From: an uncultured Gammaproteobacteria bacterium
Lineage (GTDB): Bacteria > Patescibacteriota > Microgenomatia > Daviesbacterales > UBA10151
DNA: 64,000 bases
Assembly (NCBI GenBank): GCA_964547465.1
Contig: CAZJNI010000004.1
Span: forward strand, 19,927-83,926
Reading direction: 5' to 3'
A program made the position numbers and the translations under genes. Below, piece by piece: positions 48,583 through 58,014 of the stretch (the first letter of the stretch is position 1; each line of letters opens with the position of its first letter). Below the pieces are notes generated by a model. That model made no database searches, was not told the DNA's origin, and was given only the letters and a program-made list of their open reading frames with translations.

Positions 48583-49793
48583 AAAGGATTTTTGGATAAA
48601 TTTGTATTAAAAAATAAATTGACTAAATTTTTTGGCAGATGTATTCCTGTCAAAAACGGATAAATTAATAGGAATCCAAACCCCATTAGAAAAAGTAAAA
48701 TAAAGATTAATTTTCTCCTTTTTTTATCATAAAAATCTTGACCTAGCTGATATCCTAAGCTAAGGCATAAAAATGGAACCGAAGGAGAGAAATGATATAA
48801 AAACATAATACGGGGAGATAATGCCCAGGGAAGCCAGAAAACTAGAAAACCGGAAATAATCAATATCAAAGCAAAAGATTTTTTTTTAATTGCTTCATAT
48901 GCAGTTAAAATTGTAGCAATTGATCCCACCCAAAAAACAACAGGATTACCAGAGGCAAAAATATTGGCAATATAATTTTTGTAATAATCAACAAAATACC
49001 AAACAGGATATAAATTTAGCGGCCATGACCACCATGATGAGGAATAGCTGTGGGTTGCCTTAAGATGAGTTTGATACCACCAGATTTGCCGATGAAGCTC
49101 TACAAAATCACTCCATTTATAGCCTATTAGGAAATATGGCGTATAGCTTAAGAGATAAATAATTGGGGGAATTAAAATAAAATAAATTAAATTCTTAAAT
49201 TGGCGCTGATAAATGAGAACTGGGGAATACATTAATAATAAGAAGATCCCCGGCCATTTAGTAGCAAAAGCAACTCCCAAAAATAAGGCCGAAAGGATAT
49301 ACCTTTTTTGAACAAAAAAGATAACGCTTATTAAAATAAAAGCTACTAAATATGCATCATTCATTCCTGTTCTGGATTGGACAAAAACTAATCCATCAAT
49401 TGAAAAAGCAAAAGAAGAAATAAGTGCTGCCTCTTCAGTTTTAAAAAGAAGCAATGCTAATTTATAAACTAAAAATACCGATAAAATACCAAGTAAAGTT
49501 CCAGGTAGTCTCCAGGCCCAGGCATCGGTAGTATGTAGTACAAACATTGAGATAGTCATTAACTCCTTTTCAATTGGAGGATGTAGCCATTCAAAAGCAA
49601 CTCCCGGGTCAGATTTCCCCCAGGGACTCCAAGCATCTTTATTTCCCTTTAAATATTCTTTGGCAGTGTAAGCATGGTAGACTTCATCAAAAACGTAATT
49701 TTTGGGATAATCAAGACGAAATAATCGTAAAAAGGCTGTTAATATTAAGATAGCAATCAAAATATTTTTTGGTTTAAGAAATTTCTTTAGCAT
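48579..49793 (-). CDS. GT39/PMT-family phospholipid-carrier-dependent glycosyltransferase (GT-C)
   Basis: Loop-1 DE motif FDEVYH, >10 TM helices. Confidence 0.65.
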   Translation of the reverse strand: MLKKFLKPKNILIAILILTAFLRLFRLDYPKNYVFDEVYHAYTAKEYLKGNKDAWSPWGKSDPGVAFEWLHPPIEKELMTISMFVLHTTDAWAWRLPGTLLGILSVFLVYKLALLLFKTEEAALISSFAFSIDGLVFVQSRTGMNDAYLVAFILISVIFFVQKRYILSALFLGVAFATKWPGIFLLLMYSPVLIYQRQFKNLIYFILIPPIIYLLSYTPYFLIGYKWSDFVELHRQIWWYQTHLKATHSYSSSWWSWPLNLYPVWYFVDYYKNYIANIFASGNPVVFWVGSIATILTAYEAIKKKSFALILIISGFLVFWLPWALSPRIMFLYHFSPSVPFLCLSLGYQLGQDFYDKKRRKLIFILLFLMGFGFLLIYPFLTGIHLPKNLVNLFFNTNLSKNPF

Positions 49794-50997
49794 AATTTTT
49801 TAGAAAAGAGCTTTTGTAATATATCAGAATTAAGAAAGTAAAACCAACCAAGTTAATGATTGTAAATAAATTATAGTTTGCTGCCAAGAATTTGAATACG
49901 GGAGATGGAGAAAAGGTCGGATTAGGATAGACGAAATTATAATAATAGTATACATACCAAAGATTAATAAAATGGACTAGAGATAATAATATATAAATAG
50001 CAATTAGTTTTATTGAATTTTTAATTGAGGCAGCAATTAATAAAAAGGCGAAAAAAGGGAATAAATATCTTTGGTGAATACGTGTTAAAAACAAGAAAAA
50101 GGCCATAGAAGATAATGCAATTGCCAGGTAATAAATTTTATTTTGATTAATTGAAACTTTTTTAAGCGGTAGAATAATTATCAGTAATGCTACACTAAAT
50201 AATATTAATCCCCAGATTTGGTAAGTTATTCCCAGAAAAATAGTAGAGTCTGGCACCCAAAATCCAGCAAAAGACCAGAAATTATACGAAAACATTGAAG
50301 TATAAGGGTAAGTGCTGGCACTTTTTTGTAAAAGGTGATAAAGGCCTAAGATAGGATCTTTAAGAAAAAAGGGAACGGATGATAAAATCATTAAGATTGG
50401 AATTACTAAAATTGAGAAAGATTGTTGTTTCGGGAAATTTTTAATAAGATAGATTAATGATACTGGAAAAATTGCCAATCCTTGTGGTTTAATTAAGGCA
50501 GAAAAGGCCAAAAAAATACTAAAACGATAGGGTTGTTTTAACTCTAACAAAGGATAGACGGAATAAACTAAGAAAAATGCCAAGATTCCATCCACTTGTC
50601 CCCAAACAGAGGAATTAAAAATTAAAGCAGGGTTTAATAAGTATAAGATTACAGCCATAAAAGCTGCCTTCTTTTGATAATTGGAGACAATTTTGTAAAT
50701 ATAATAAGCGGTTGCCAGGTCAAATATATTAGTAAAAAGCTTCAGATAAAATTCAAAACTTAAACTAAATATTGATATATGAGGGAATAATACAGTAAAC
50801 GATTTACCCAAAAACCAAAGCATATAAAGATATCCTGGAAAATAATCAGCAAAATAATTTGGAGCATAAAAATGGATAGGAGTAACTTCGACTAATCTTG
50901 CGCTCCAAGCCTGCCAACTATTCATATCAATTTTAAAACTGGGAAGGAAAATTAAAGTTATTCTAACTAAGAATATTAAAATTAAAATTCTAATCAT
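49774..50997 (-). CDS. Polytopic membrane protein, GT-C-like glycosyltransferase
   Basis: ~11 TM helices, overlapping start with downstream GT39 gene. Confidence 0.4.
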   Translation of the reverse strand: MIRILILIFLVRITLIFLPSFKIDMNSWQAWSARLVEVTPIHFYAPNYFADYFPGYLYMLWFLGKSFTVLFPHISIFSLSFEFYLKLFTNIFDLATAYYIYKIVSNYQKKAAFMAVILYLLNPALIFNSSVWGQVDGILAFFLVYSVYPLLELKQPYRFSIFLAFSALIKPQGLAIFPVSLIYLIKNFPKQQSFSILVIPILMILSSVPFFLKDPILGLYHLLQKSASTYPYTSMFSYNFWSFAGFWVPDSTIFLGITYQIWGLILFSVALLIIILPLKKVSINQNKIYYLAIALSSMAFFLFLTRIHQRYLFPFFAFLLIAASIKNSIKLIAIYILLSLVHFINLWYVYYYYNFVYPNPTFSPSPVFKFLAANYNLFTIINLVGFTFLILIYYKSSFLKNYAKEIS

Positions 50998-51012
50998 GCT
51001 ATTTATATATAC

Positions 51013-52263
51013 TTAAATATGCAAAAACCATAAAGTTCCTAACAGATTAATTATTACTGATAAGATAAATAATATTATAACTAAGAAAGGAGGGAAATCA
51101 CGCATGACGATAGCTAAAAGTATGATTAATCCCGGAATAATATCTAATATATATCTATAACCAAATTGCACCCAACCTGTACTAAAATAGTTTAACAGAA
51201 AGATAATTATAGATAGAGAACTAATAATTACTGATCCGTTAATTAATCTACTCTTGATAGAATGCCAATATTTCTTTCTAACAATAGCTATAGTTAAAAT
51301 AAGAAGTGGCGACGTAAATAGGATACTATCTCCTTCTTTATTAAAAATAAAATAAGGGAACCTGTTAAAGACAGAAGGGATGTTAATAAACATGTAATAA
51401 AAATTTTTTGGGATATAAATTGGGTTAAATGTACCAAATTTTTCTCTGTCTGCGGCAAAATGTAGAGCAATTTTATGTAGTGAGTGTCCATTATCAAAGT
51501 AGGAACCAAACCTTAGGTAGTTATAGTATGAGTTTAATCCAAAAATAAAAATAAAGACTAAAGTGAAAATAGATAGATTCTGAATAAGATAAATTTTATT
51601 TTTATTTTGAAGATAGGATATGAAGATAAAAGTCAAAAATATTGGAATATTAAACATGAGTAACTCTCTGCTTATAACAGCAAATCCAAAAAATACTGAA
51701 GCTAAAATTAATTTTGTTATGCTTGTAGAGTGTACGAAAAAAGTTATGAAATAAAGTGAAAGTAGAAAAAAGAGAATTGAAATAACTTGAGAAGTAAACC
51801 AGACAGAACCATTTGTAGATAAATAAAAATGTACGGTACCAAAAGCAAAAAATAAAGAAAGAAAAATTTTTTGATGGTTTGATAATATAACAAGTTTCAA
51901 TTTATTCAGTTGTTCAAGTACAAGAAATAAAATAAGGGGATTAAATGATGCAATAATTGCAGTATATAAAACATCACTTATGTTTTTACCAAACAAAGTT
52001 ACAAATGGTAAGATAGGTAATACAGTACTCGGACCCCAGTACATATAAACCTTTCCATTAAATACTGTTAAATCATTCAAATAAGGGGGAGAAGATACAA
52101 AAGAAAGGCTTCCGTGTAAAAATGCTTCAGCAAGATAGCTAAAATAATTGTAGATAGTAACAGGAAATTTGAATTGAAATCTACCTGCAAATAACAAATA
52201 AACAAACAAAACAAATGCGAAAATAAGCAAAGGATATGGTAATTTGAATTGATTTAACTTCAT
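51013..52263 (-). CDS. Polytopic membrane protein, GT-C-like glycosyltransferase (paralog of 52260-53456)
   Basis: Shared N-terminal block YLAEAFLHGSL...VYMYWGPSTVLPILPFVTLFG. Confidence 0.4.
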   Translation of the reverse strand: MKLNQFKLPYPLLIFAFVLFVYLLFAGRFQFKFPVTIYNYFSYLAEAFLHGSLSFVSSPPYLNDLTVFNGKVYMYWGPSTVLPILPFVTLFGKNISDVLYTAIIASFNPLILFLVLEQLNKLKLVILSNHQKIFLSLFFAFGTVHFYLSTNGSVWFTSQVISILFFLLSLYFITFFVHSTSITKLILASVFFGFAVISRELLMFNIPIFLTFIFISYLQNKNKIYLIQNLSIFTLVFIFIFGLNSYYNYLRFGSYFDNGHSLHKIALHFAADREKFGTFNPIYIPKNFYYMFINIPSVFNRFPYFIFNKEGDSILFTSPLLILTIAIVRKKYWHSIKSRLINGSVIISSLSIIIFLLNYFSTGWVQFGYRYILDIIPGLIILLAIVMRDFPPFLVIILFILSVIINLLGTLWFLHI

Positions 52264-53456
52264 TTTGAGTAAAATACCATATTAATGAAATATAAATTGA
52301 TTAAAAATCCAGCTATAGCCAAAGTTAAGAATTTATAAGAAACATTTTTTTTGAATGAATAAAGTAATGCTATAAATAGCATTGGATAAAAATCGATGGC
52401 ATAGCGGTACCCGTATTGCCAGCCGCCATTGGTAAAACTTCCAAAGATAGCAAACATCATAAGTAAAGTTGTAATTCCAGCAAATTTAACCCTTTTATCT
52501 TTCCAGTTACTAAATAAAATCCAGATAAAAATTGAAGAGGTAAATAAGATGCTTAGTCCTGAACCGTCAACTCTTAAATATGGAAATTGCATTATATGTG
52601 TTCCTGGAATAAAAATAGGTTCAGGCATTTTCAAGAACATAGTATAAAGATTTGCCGGAATATGAATTAAACTCCACACACCCAACGTCCTATTGGCAAC
52701 AACTGGTCCACTATTCCATTCCTGCATAGAATAACCAGTTTCTAAAAAATTCCCAAATCGAGCAGAATTATAAATTCCTATTAAGATAAGAGATATAATT
52801 ATAGGTAAAAGTAATAAAGTGAGGTTTTTAAATTTTATTTTTTTAGATAAATCGCAGTAGGATAAGTTTAGTATAAAAAATATTACTGTAAAGATTAAGG
52901 AGATCCTTGTGATGAAAGCTAGCGCTAGATAGATACCGATAATTAGCCATGATCTATTAAAAAAATAAGCCTCTAGACTTAAAAGAGTTAGGGTAAAACC
53001 AACAATTTGTGCAAAGTACCAGGACCATGGTATTAAAGCAATCCCTAAGTATGCAGTAGAAAATAAAATTGCAAAACTTATTATAATAGATTTAGTTAAA
53101 TTACCACTTATTTTTTTAGCAATTCTGATAAGCAATAATACATTCAGTAGGTTTAAAAAAAATAACAAATATCCCTGTCTTATATGATCACCAAATATAT
53201 AAACAAACGGCATGAGTAAAATTGCAGGAAAAGGACCCAATGGCCAGTATTGACGATTTTTGTATAAGGCAGCATCAAAAGTATTTGAGAGAAAATAAAG
53301 CTTGCCTTGAAGGAAAGAAGAAGCGAGGCTTACAAATTGTTCTTGTTGGGGTGAAGTAAAAAGGTCGTAATAAACAAATAATAGAACCCCCAAAATACAG
53401 AAGAATAATATTATAATTCTCTTCATGAATAAAGTATTAGTTATTTTAGGTCCCAC
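52260..53456 (-). CDS. Polytopic membrane protein, GT-C-like glycosyltransferase (paralog)
   Basis: SLASSFLQGKLYF...QYWPLGPFPAILLMPFVYIFG parallels upstream paralog; 5' end overlaps miaA 5' end divergently. Confidence 0.4.
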   Translation of the reverse strand: MGPKITNTLFMKRIIILFFCILGVLLFVYYDLFTSPQQEQFVSLASSFLQGKLYFLSNTFDAALYKNRQYWPLGPFPAILLMPFVYIFGDHIRQGYLLFFLNLLNVLLLIRIAKKISGNLTKSIIISFAILFSTAYLGIALIPWSWYFAQIVGFTLTLLSLEAYFFNRSWLIIGIYLALAFITRISLIFTVIFFILNLSYCDLSKKIKFKNLTLLLLPIIISLILIGIYNSARFGNFLETGYSMQEWNSGPVVANRTLGVWSLIHIPANLYTMFLKMPEPIFIPGTHIMQFPYLRVDGSGLSILFTSSIFIWILFSNWKDKRVKFAGITTLLMMFAIFGSFTNGGWQYGYRYAIDFYPMLFIALLYSFKKNVSYKFLTLAIAGFLINLYFINMVFYSK

Positions 53457-54432
53457 TTCAACAGGGAAAACAGACTTGGCATTAACTTTGGCTAAAAAAT
53501 TTAATGGGGAGTTAGTATCGTGTGATTCCAGACAAGTATATGTGGGACTTGATATAGGGACCGGGAAGATGCCTGGAGTAGATTTAAGATTTAAGAATAA
53601 GGATTTAAGAATAAAAAAGGGAAATAATTGGTGGGAAATAGGTGGAATAAAAATCTGGATGTATGATGTAATATCCCCAAAAAGGCAGTATACAGTTTTT
53701 GATTATGTAAAAGATGCAAATAAGGCAATAGATAAGATTATAAAAAAAGGAAAGCAACCTATTATAGTTGGGGGAACTGGTTTGTATCTGAAGGGGTTGC
53801 TATATGGTTTTCCTAATTTAGGAATTCCGGTAGATAAAAAGTTAAGAAATAACTTAGAAGAGTTAACTTTAGAAGAACTTCAAAAAAACCTTCAAGGATT
53901 TTCTATTCAAAGATGGGAAAAGATGAATAGTTCAGATAGGCAAAATCCCAGAAGATTAGTTAGGGCGATAGAGCTAACTATTTCGTCATTGCGAGGAGCA
54001 AGGCGACGAAGCAATCCATTAAACATATTGCCACGGCCCTTCGGGCCTCGCAATGACATATTAAAAATTGGATTAACTACCTCAAGGGAGATTTTATACA
54101 AAAGAATTGATGAAAGAGTAGTATCTAGAATAAATGAAGGAATGATTGATGAGGCAATAAGACTATATAAAGATGGATTAAGTCTGAAAAGAATGAGACA
54201 GTTAGGGCTTGAGTATGGAGTAATGGCGGATTTTCTGGAAATCAAAATAAGCAGAGATCAATTAATTGAAACTCTGAAGGTAAAAATTCATCACTTTGCC
54301 AAACGTCAAGAAACATGGTTTAAAAAAGAAAAAGATATTAATTGGTTTGATATAGCTAAAAAAAATTATATAAATAAAGTGGAAAATTTGGTGGCTAAAT
54401 GGTATTATCAGGCAAATGCCACGCAAGATTGA
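53425..54432 (+). CDS. miaA: tRNA dimethylallyltransferase with in-frame MITE-derived insertion
   Basis: P-loop GPTSTGKTDLAL, DSRQVY motif; 335 aa. Confidence 0.85.
   Translation: MNKVLVILGPTSTGKTDLALTLAKKFNGELVSCDSRQVYVGLDIGTGKMPGVDLRFKNKDLRIKKGNNWWEIGGIKIWMYDVISPKRQYTVFDYVKDANKAIDKIIKKGKQPIIVGGTGLYLKGLLYGFPNLGIPVDKKLRNNLEELTLEELQKNLQGFSIQRWEKMNSSDRQNPRRLVRAIELTISSLRGARRRSNPLNILPRPFGPRNDILKIGLTTSREILYKRIDERVVSRINEGMIDEAIRLYKDGLSLKRMRQLGLEYGVMADFLEIKISRDQLIETLKVKIHHFAKRQETWFKKEKDINWFDIAKKNYINKVENLVAKWYYQANATQD
53985..54057. repeat. MITE-like element copy G located in-frame inside miaA
   Basis: GTCATTGCGAGGAGCAAGGCGACGAAGCAATCCATT...GCCACGGCCCTTCGGGCCTCGCAATGAC. Confidence 0.8.
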
Positions 54433-55384
54433 TATTTCACACAAGACTGTAATATTTATTACAGTTTTCATTTTGGGTCTTTGGATAATCTATTTAATTA
54501 AAGATTTGCTTGTTATTCTTTTTGTGGCAATTATTTTGATGTCTGCCCTGGAGCCTCTAGTGAATTTTTTTACCAAACTTAAACTTCCCAGGGCATTGGG
54601 TATTGCAATAACCTACATTATTATAATAACAATACTAGCGGGGATATTAGCAGTCATATTACCGCCTTTAATTGAGCAAAGCAGTAAATTAATTGTGACA
54701 CTACCTCCTCTTTTGGGACAAGTTTTTAATATTACCAATATAGATAAATCAGTATTTCAATCGGAATTAACCTCACTTTCAAAAAATGCATTTTCAATTA
54801 CTCTTTCAGTATTTGATAATTTTCTAACAATAATATTTCTCCTGGTTATAACTTTTTATCTTCTGCTGGAACATAATAATTTAGAAAATAGAATTGCTGC
54901 TTTATTTATAGGTCAGGAAGAAAAAATAAGAAGTTTAACTATCCAGATTCAGGAAAAATTAGGATCCTGGCTTAGAGGACAGTTAGTTTTAAGTTTAATA
55001 ATTGGAACCTTCTCCTATATAGGGCTTATTATTTTGAATGTTCCTTATGCCTTGCCTTTATCATTAATGGCAGCGATTATGGAGGTTATCCCGGTTATCG
55101 GACCGATAATCTCATCAGTTCCGGCAATACTGGTTGCATTGACTATTTCTCCCCTGTTGGGTTTGGGAGTTACCGTTATGTATTTTGTAATACAGCAATT
55201 AGAAAATAATTTGATAGTACCCCAGGTGATGAAAAAGGCAGTTGGTTTGAATCCCCTAGTAGTTATTTTAACTATTGCGGTGGGAGGTAGGCTTTTAGGA
55301 TTTGCCGGAGCTTTACTTGCAGTGCCGATTGCTGTTGTTTTGCAAATTATTGCAACCGAAGTAATTAAAGCTAGAAAAAGTTAA
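54416..55384 (+). CDS. AI-2E family transporter (PerM/UPF0118)
   Basis: 8-TM AI-2E architecture, 322 aa. Confidence 0.7.
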   Translation: MPRKIDISHKTVIFITVFILGLWIIYLIKDLLVILFVAIILMSALEPLVNFFTKLKLPRALGIAITYIIIITILAGILAVILPPLIEQSSKLIVTLPPLLGQVFNITNIDKSVFQSELTSLSKNAFSITLSVFDNFLTIIFLLVITFYLLLEHNNLENRIAALFIGQEEKIRSLTIQIQEKLGSWLRGQLVLSLIIGTFSYIGLIILNVPYALPLSLMAAIMEVIPVIGPIISSVPAILVALTISPLLGLGVTVMYFVIQQLENNLIVPQVMKKAVGLNPLVVILTIAVGGRLLGFAGALLAVPIAVVLQIIATEVIKARKS

Positions 55385-55391
55385 ATTTTTT

Positions 55392-55715
55392 GCCTAGGAA
55401 GAGGGTAAGCCAGATTCTGTTTCAAGATGATCATTTATCTAGACTGTGATTTTTAATGTCACATCTTCCGCCAGTCGGCGGATGCTCCTTATTTAAACTA
55501 TTAAGCGAGCAGCTTAGTTTTTTCTAGGATTGCAGCGGGGAGGATTGCCACGTTTCACCCGAGCTTGACCCCGGTTCGTCACTGTTGCTCTATACTCTGT
55601 CTTACGACCGTCCGACTTACGCCGGACACCCTGCTCTATGCTGTCTGGACTTTCCTCCCGTTCAAATTTCTTTTAGAAATTTGCGCGGGCGATCATCCTT
55701 CTTCCTAGGCCGATA
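55392..55715 (-). ncRNA. rnpB: RNase P RNA (bacterial type A-like, compact)
   Basis: Minus strand contains GGAGGAAAGTCCAGAC...CATAGAGCAGGGTG (CR-I/P4), GGGTGAAACGTGG (CR-II-like), AACAGAATCTGGCTTA (CR-V/P4 3' strand); P1 GGCCTAGGAAGAAGG/CCTCTTCCTAGGC; upstream TTGAAT-17-TAAAAT promoter at 55722-55751 on minus strand. Confidence 0.75.
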
Positions 55716-55745
55716 CATTTTACTATATAATCAAGCTAGATTCAA

Positions 55746-57296
55746 ATGCTTTCACAAATTTTATCTGGTGCAAATATTGGATTAGATGCTGTTTTAATAA
55801 CTGTGGAAGTTGATGTTTCTTCAAGCGGCCTGCCACATTTTATTATGGTGGGACTTGCTGATAGAGCTGTTGAGGAGAGTAAAGAAAGAGTTAGATCAGC
55901 CATTAGAAATTCCGGTTCAAAGTTCCCAGATCATAAAATTACTGTAAATTTAGCACCAGCTGATTTACCAAAGATGGGTCCTCATTATGATTTACCGATT
56001 GCTTTAGGTGTGCTTTTAGCATCAGGTCAAATCCCCCAAAAAAGTATTTTTAACATTGAGGAAACTTTAGTTCTAGGGGAACTGTCGCTAGATGGAAGCC
56101 TGCGTTATACACACGGGATTTTACCAATTGCGCTTCTTGCAAAAAAAATGGGGTTTAATACAATTTTTGTTCCAAAAGATAATGCAAAGGAAGCATCAGT
56201 GGTTGAAGGGTTGAGAGTCTTTGCTTTTGATTCACTGGCACAACTAATGAAAGTGTTTTTATCTCAAGAGGAAATAAAACCTACGTCTCCGGAAAAATTA
56301 AATTTAGATGACGATTTGATATTTGACTACGATTTTTCACAGGTTAAAGGTCAAGAACAATCGAAACGAGCGCTAGAGGTTGCAGCAGCAGGCGGACATA
56401 ATATTTTACTTAAAGGTCCTCCTGGTGCCGGAAAAACCATGTTGGCTAGAGCTTTTAGCTCCATTTTGCCTCCCCTGGATTTTGAAGAGGCACTCGAGGT
56501 TACAAAAATATATTCAATCGCAGGGCTTATGGAGGGCGGAAAGTCTCTAGTGACTAGACGCCCCTTTCGGTCTCCACATCACACAGCTTCATATATAGGT
56601 TTAATTGGAGGGGGGAATAATATAAGACCTGGTGAAATTTCACTCGCTCATAGAGGAGTCTTATTTTTGGATGAGATACCAGAATTCCCCAGACATGTTT
56701 TGGAAGTTTTACGCCAACCACTGGAAGATCATAAAGTGACAATCTCCAGAGCATCAGGTTCGCTTACCTTTCCTGCAAAATTTATTTTACTGGCTGCACA
56801 AAATCCCTGTCCATGCGGATTTTTAGGAGATTTAAAAAAAAGTTGTATTTGTATGCCGGGACAGATTGCTAAATATAAGAAAAGAATTTCAGGACCACTG
56901 CTGGATAGGATTGATATTTATTTGGAAGTACCTGCAGTTGAGGTAGAAAAACTCTCGTCAATAAATTTGTCAGAAGACTCGAAAACTATCAGGGATAGGG
57001 TAACCAAGGCAAGAGGAGTACAAAAACAAAGGTATAAAGGCCCGCCTGGCGGTGAGGCAAGTAGAATTTTAACTAATTCTGAAATGACAAATCAGGATAT
57101 AAAGGAGTTTTGTACATTAACTGCTGATTCGCTGGATTTGTTGAAAAAAGCAATTTCATCGCTTAATCTTTCTGCCAGAGGTTATCACAGAGTTTTAAAA
57201 CTCGCCAGGACTATTGCGGATTTGGCTCTATCTGAAAATATTTTGACAGAGCATATAGCAGAAGCACTTCAGTATAGATCTAGAGAAGAATTTTAA
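55746..57296 (+). CDS. comM: YifB/ComM family Mg-chelatase-like AAA+ ATPase
   Basis: Walker A GPPGAGKTM, ChlI-like domain, 516 aa. Confidence 0.8.
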   Translation: MLSQILSGANIGLDAVLITVEVDVSSSGLPHFIMVGLADRAVEESKERVRSAIRNSGSKFPDHKITVNLAPADLPKMGPHYDLPIALGVLLASGQIPQKSIFNIEETLVLGELSLDGSLRYTHGILPIALLAKKMGFNTIFVPKDNAKEASVVEGLRVFAFDSLAQLMKVFLSQEEIKPTSPEKLNLDDDLIFDYDFSQVKGQEQSKRALEVAAAGGHNILLKGPPGAGKTMLARAFSSILPPLDFEEALEVTKIYSIAGLMEGGKSLVTRRPFRSPHHTASYIGLIGGGNNIRPGEISLAHRGVLFLDEIPEFPRHVLEVLRQPLEDHKVTISRASGSLTFPAKFILLAAQNPCPCGFLGDLKKSCICMPGQIAKYKKRISGPLLDRIDIYLEVPAVEVEKLSSINLSEDSKTIRDRVTKARGVQKQRYKGPPGGEASRILTNSEMTNQDIKEFCTLTADSLDLLKKAISSLNLSARGYHRVLKLARTIADLALSENILTEHIAEALQYRSREEF

Positions 57297-57356
57297 ATTT
57301 TTAACCCACGAGAAATCCGGCCCAAAGGCCGGATCTTTCGTGATGGTGAACGCGTT

Positions 57357-57506
57357 CACCAGACAATTCTACCCACCAATTCTAAACATTGAGGTGCCAC
57401 AAACTGGGCATTTACCTTTTGAGGCTTTTTTACCATTTTTCATGGTAACTCCTTGTACATCTTGCGCATCCCTTTTGGTGCGGCATTTGACGCAATACAT
57501 TTGCAT
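57357..57506 (-). CDS. Small Cys-containing protein (49 aa), not in ORF track
   Basis: Strong SD GGGAGGTG 8 nt upstream of ATG; MQMYCVKCRTKRDAQDV...APQC; followed by GC hairpin ATCCGGCC-CAAA-GGCCGGAT. Confidence 0.3.
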
Positions 57507-57524
57507 AACTTGATTCACCTCCCT

Positions 57525-57827
57525 TCAAAAAAAATTTAGATTCACAATATGATTATTTATTAAAAAATATAGAATAATTTGTGCTCCAATTGCAGCTCCT
57601 GAAAAAGTTAATATCTTTAAAAGATCTTGATGAAGATAGATTACATCGGTAGCTGGCTCGCTTCGCGAAGTGGGTAGCTGGCTCGCTTCGCGAAGTGGGT
57701 AGTCGGTAGTATGGGTAGCTACAGACTGCTTGCTACTAGCTACTGATTCCCGACCATAAAATTGCTGACGGAGAATTTTCAGGCGTTTTTCTAAATCTGA
57801 CTGTTTTTTAGTTTGTTGAATAGCCAT
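57525..57827 (-). CDS. Small single-pass membrane protein containing frame-shifting 25-nt tandem repeat
   Basis: C-terminal TM ILTFSGAAIGAQIILYFLI; repeat 57649-57698. Confidence 0.3.
   Translation of the reverse strand: MAIQQTKKQSDLEKRLKILRQQFYGRESVASSKQSVATHTTDYPLREASQLPTSRSEPATDVIYLHQDLLKILTFSGAAIGAQIILYFLINNHIVNLNFF
57649..57698. repeat. 25-nt direct tandem repeat x2 (GGTAGCTGGCTCGCTTCGCGAAGTG) containing palindrome CTTCGCGAAG
   Basis: Direct inspection. Confidence 0.85.
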
Positions 57828-58014
57828 ACTAGTTTTCCCGCAGGATCAAATCGATTAGATTTGAGCCTAACACGCACAAACATGCTTGTCAAGCACCAAT
57901 TGAACCTAAAACTATGAGATAATCGTTTTATAATTAAATACCTGCCTAACGGTGCACTACTGTTGCACAATACATTTATCATACGGTCGTAGCATAAATG
58001 TATTAAGAGCAAGG

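Noticed and set aside
55585-55785. 66-aa plus-strand ORF
   Set aside because: Lies over the RNase P RNA gene on the opposite strand and over its promoter; translation has no features.
16293-57698. Considered the dispersed repeats and heptamer arrays as a CRISPR array
   Set aside because: Copies are dispersed rather than regularly spaced by unique spacers, units are too short or too dissimilar, and no cas genes are present.
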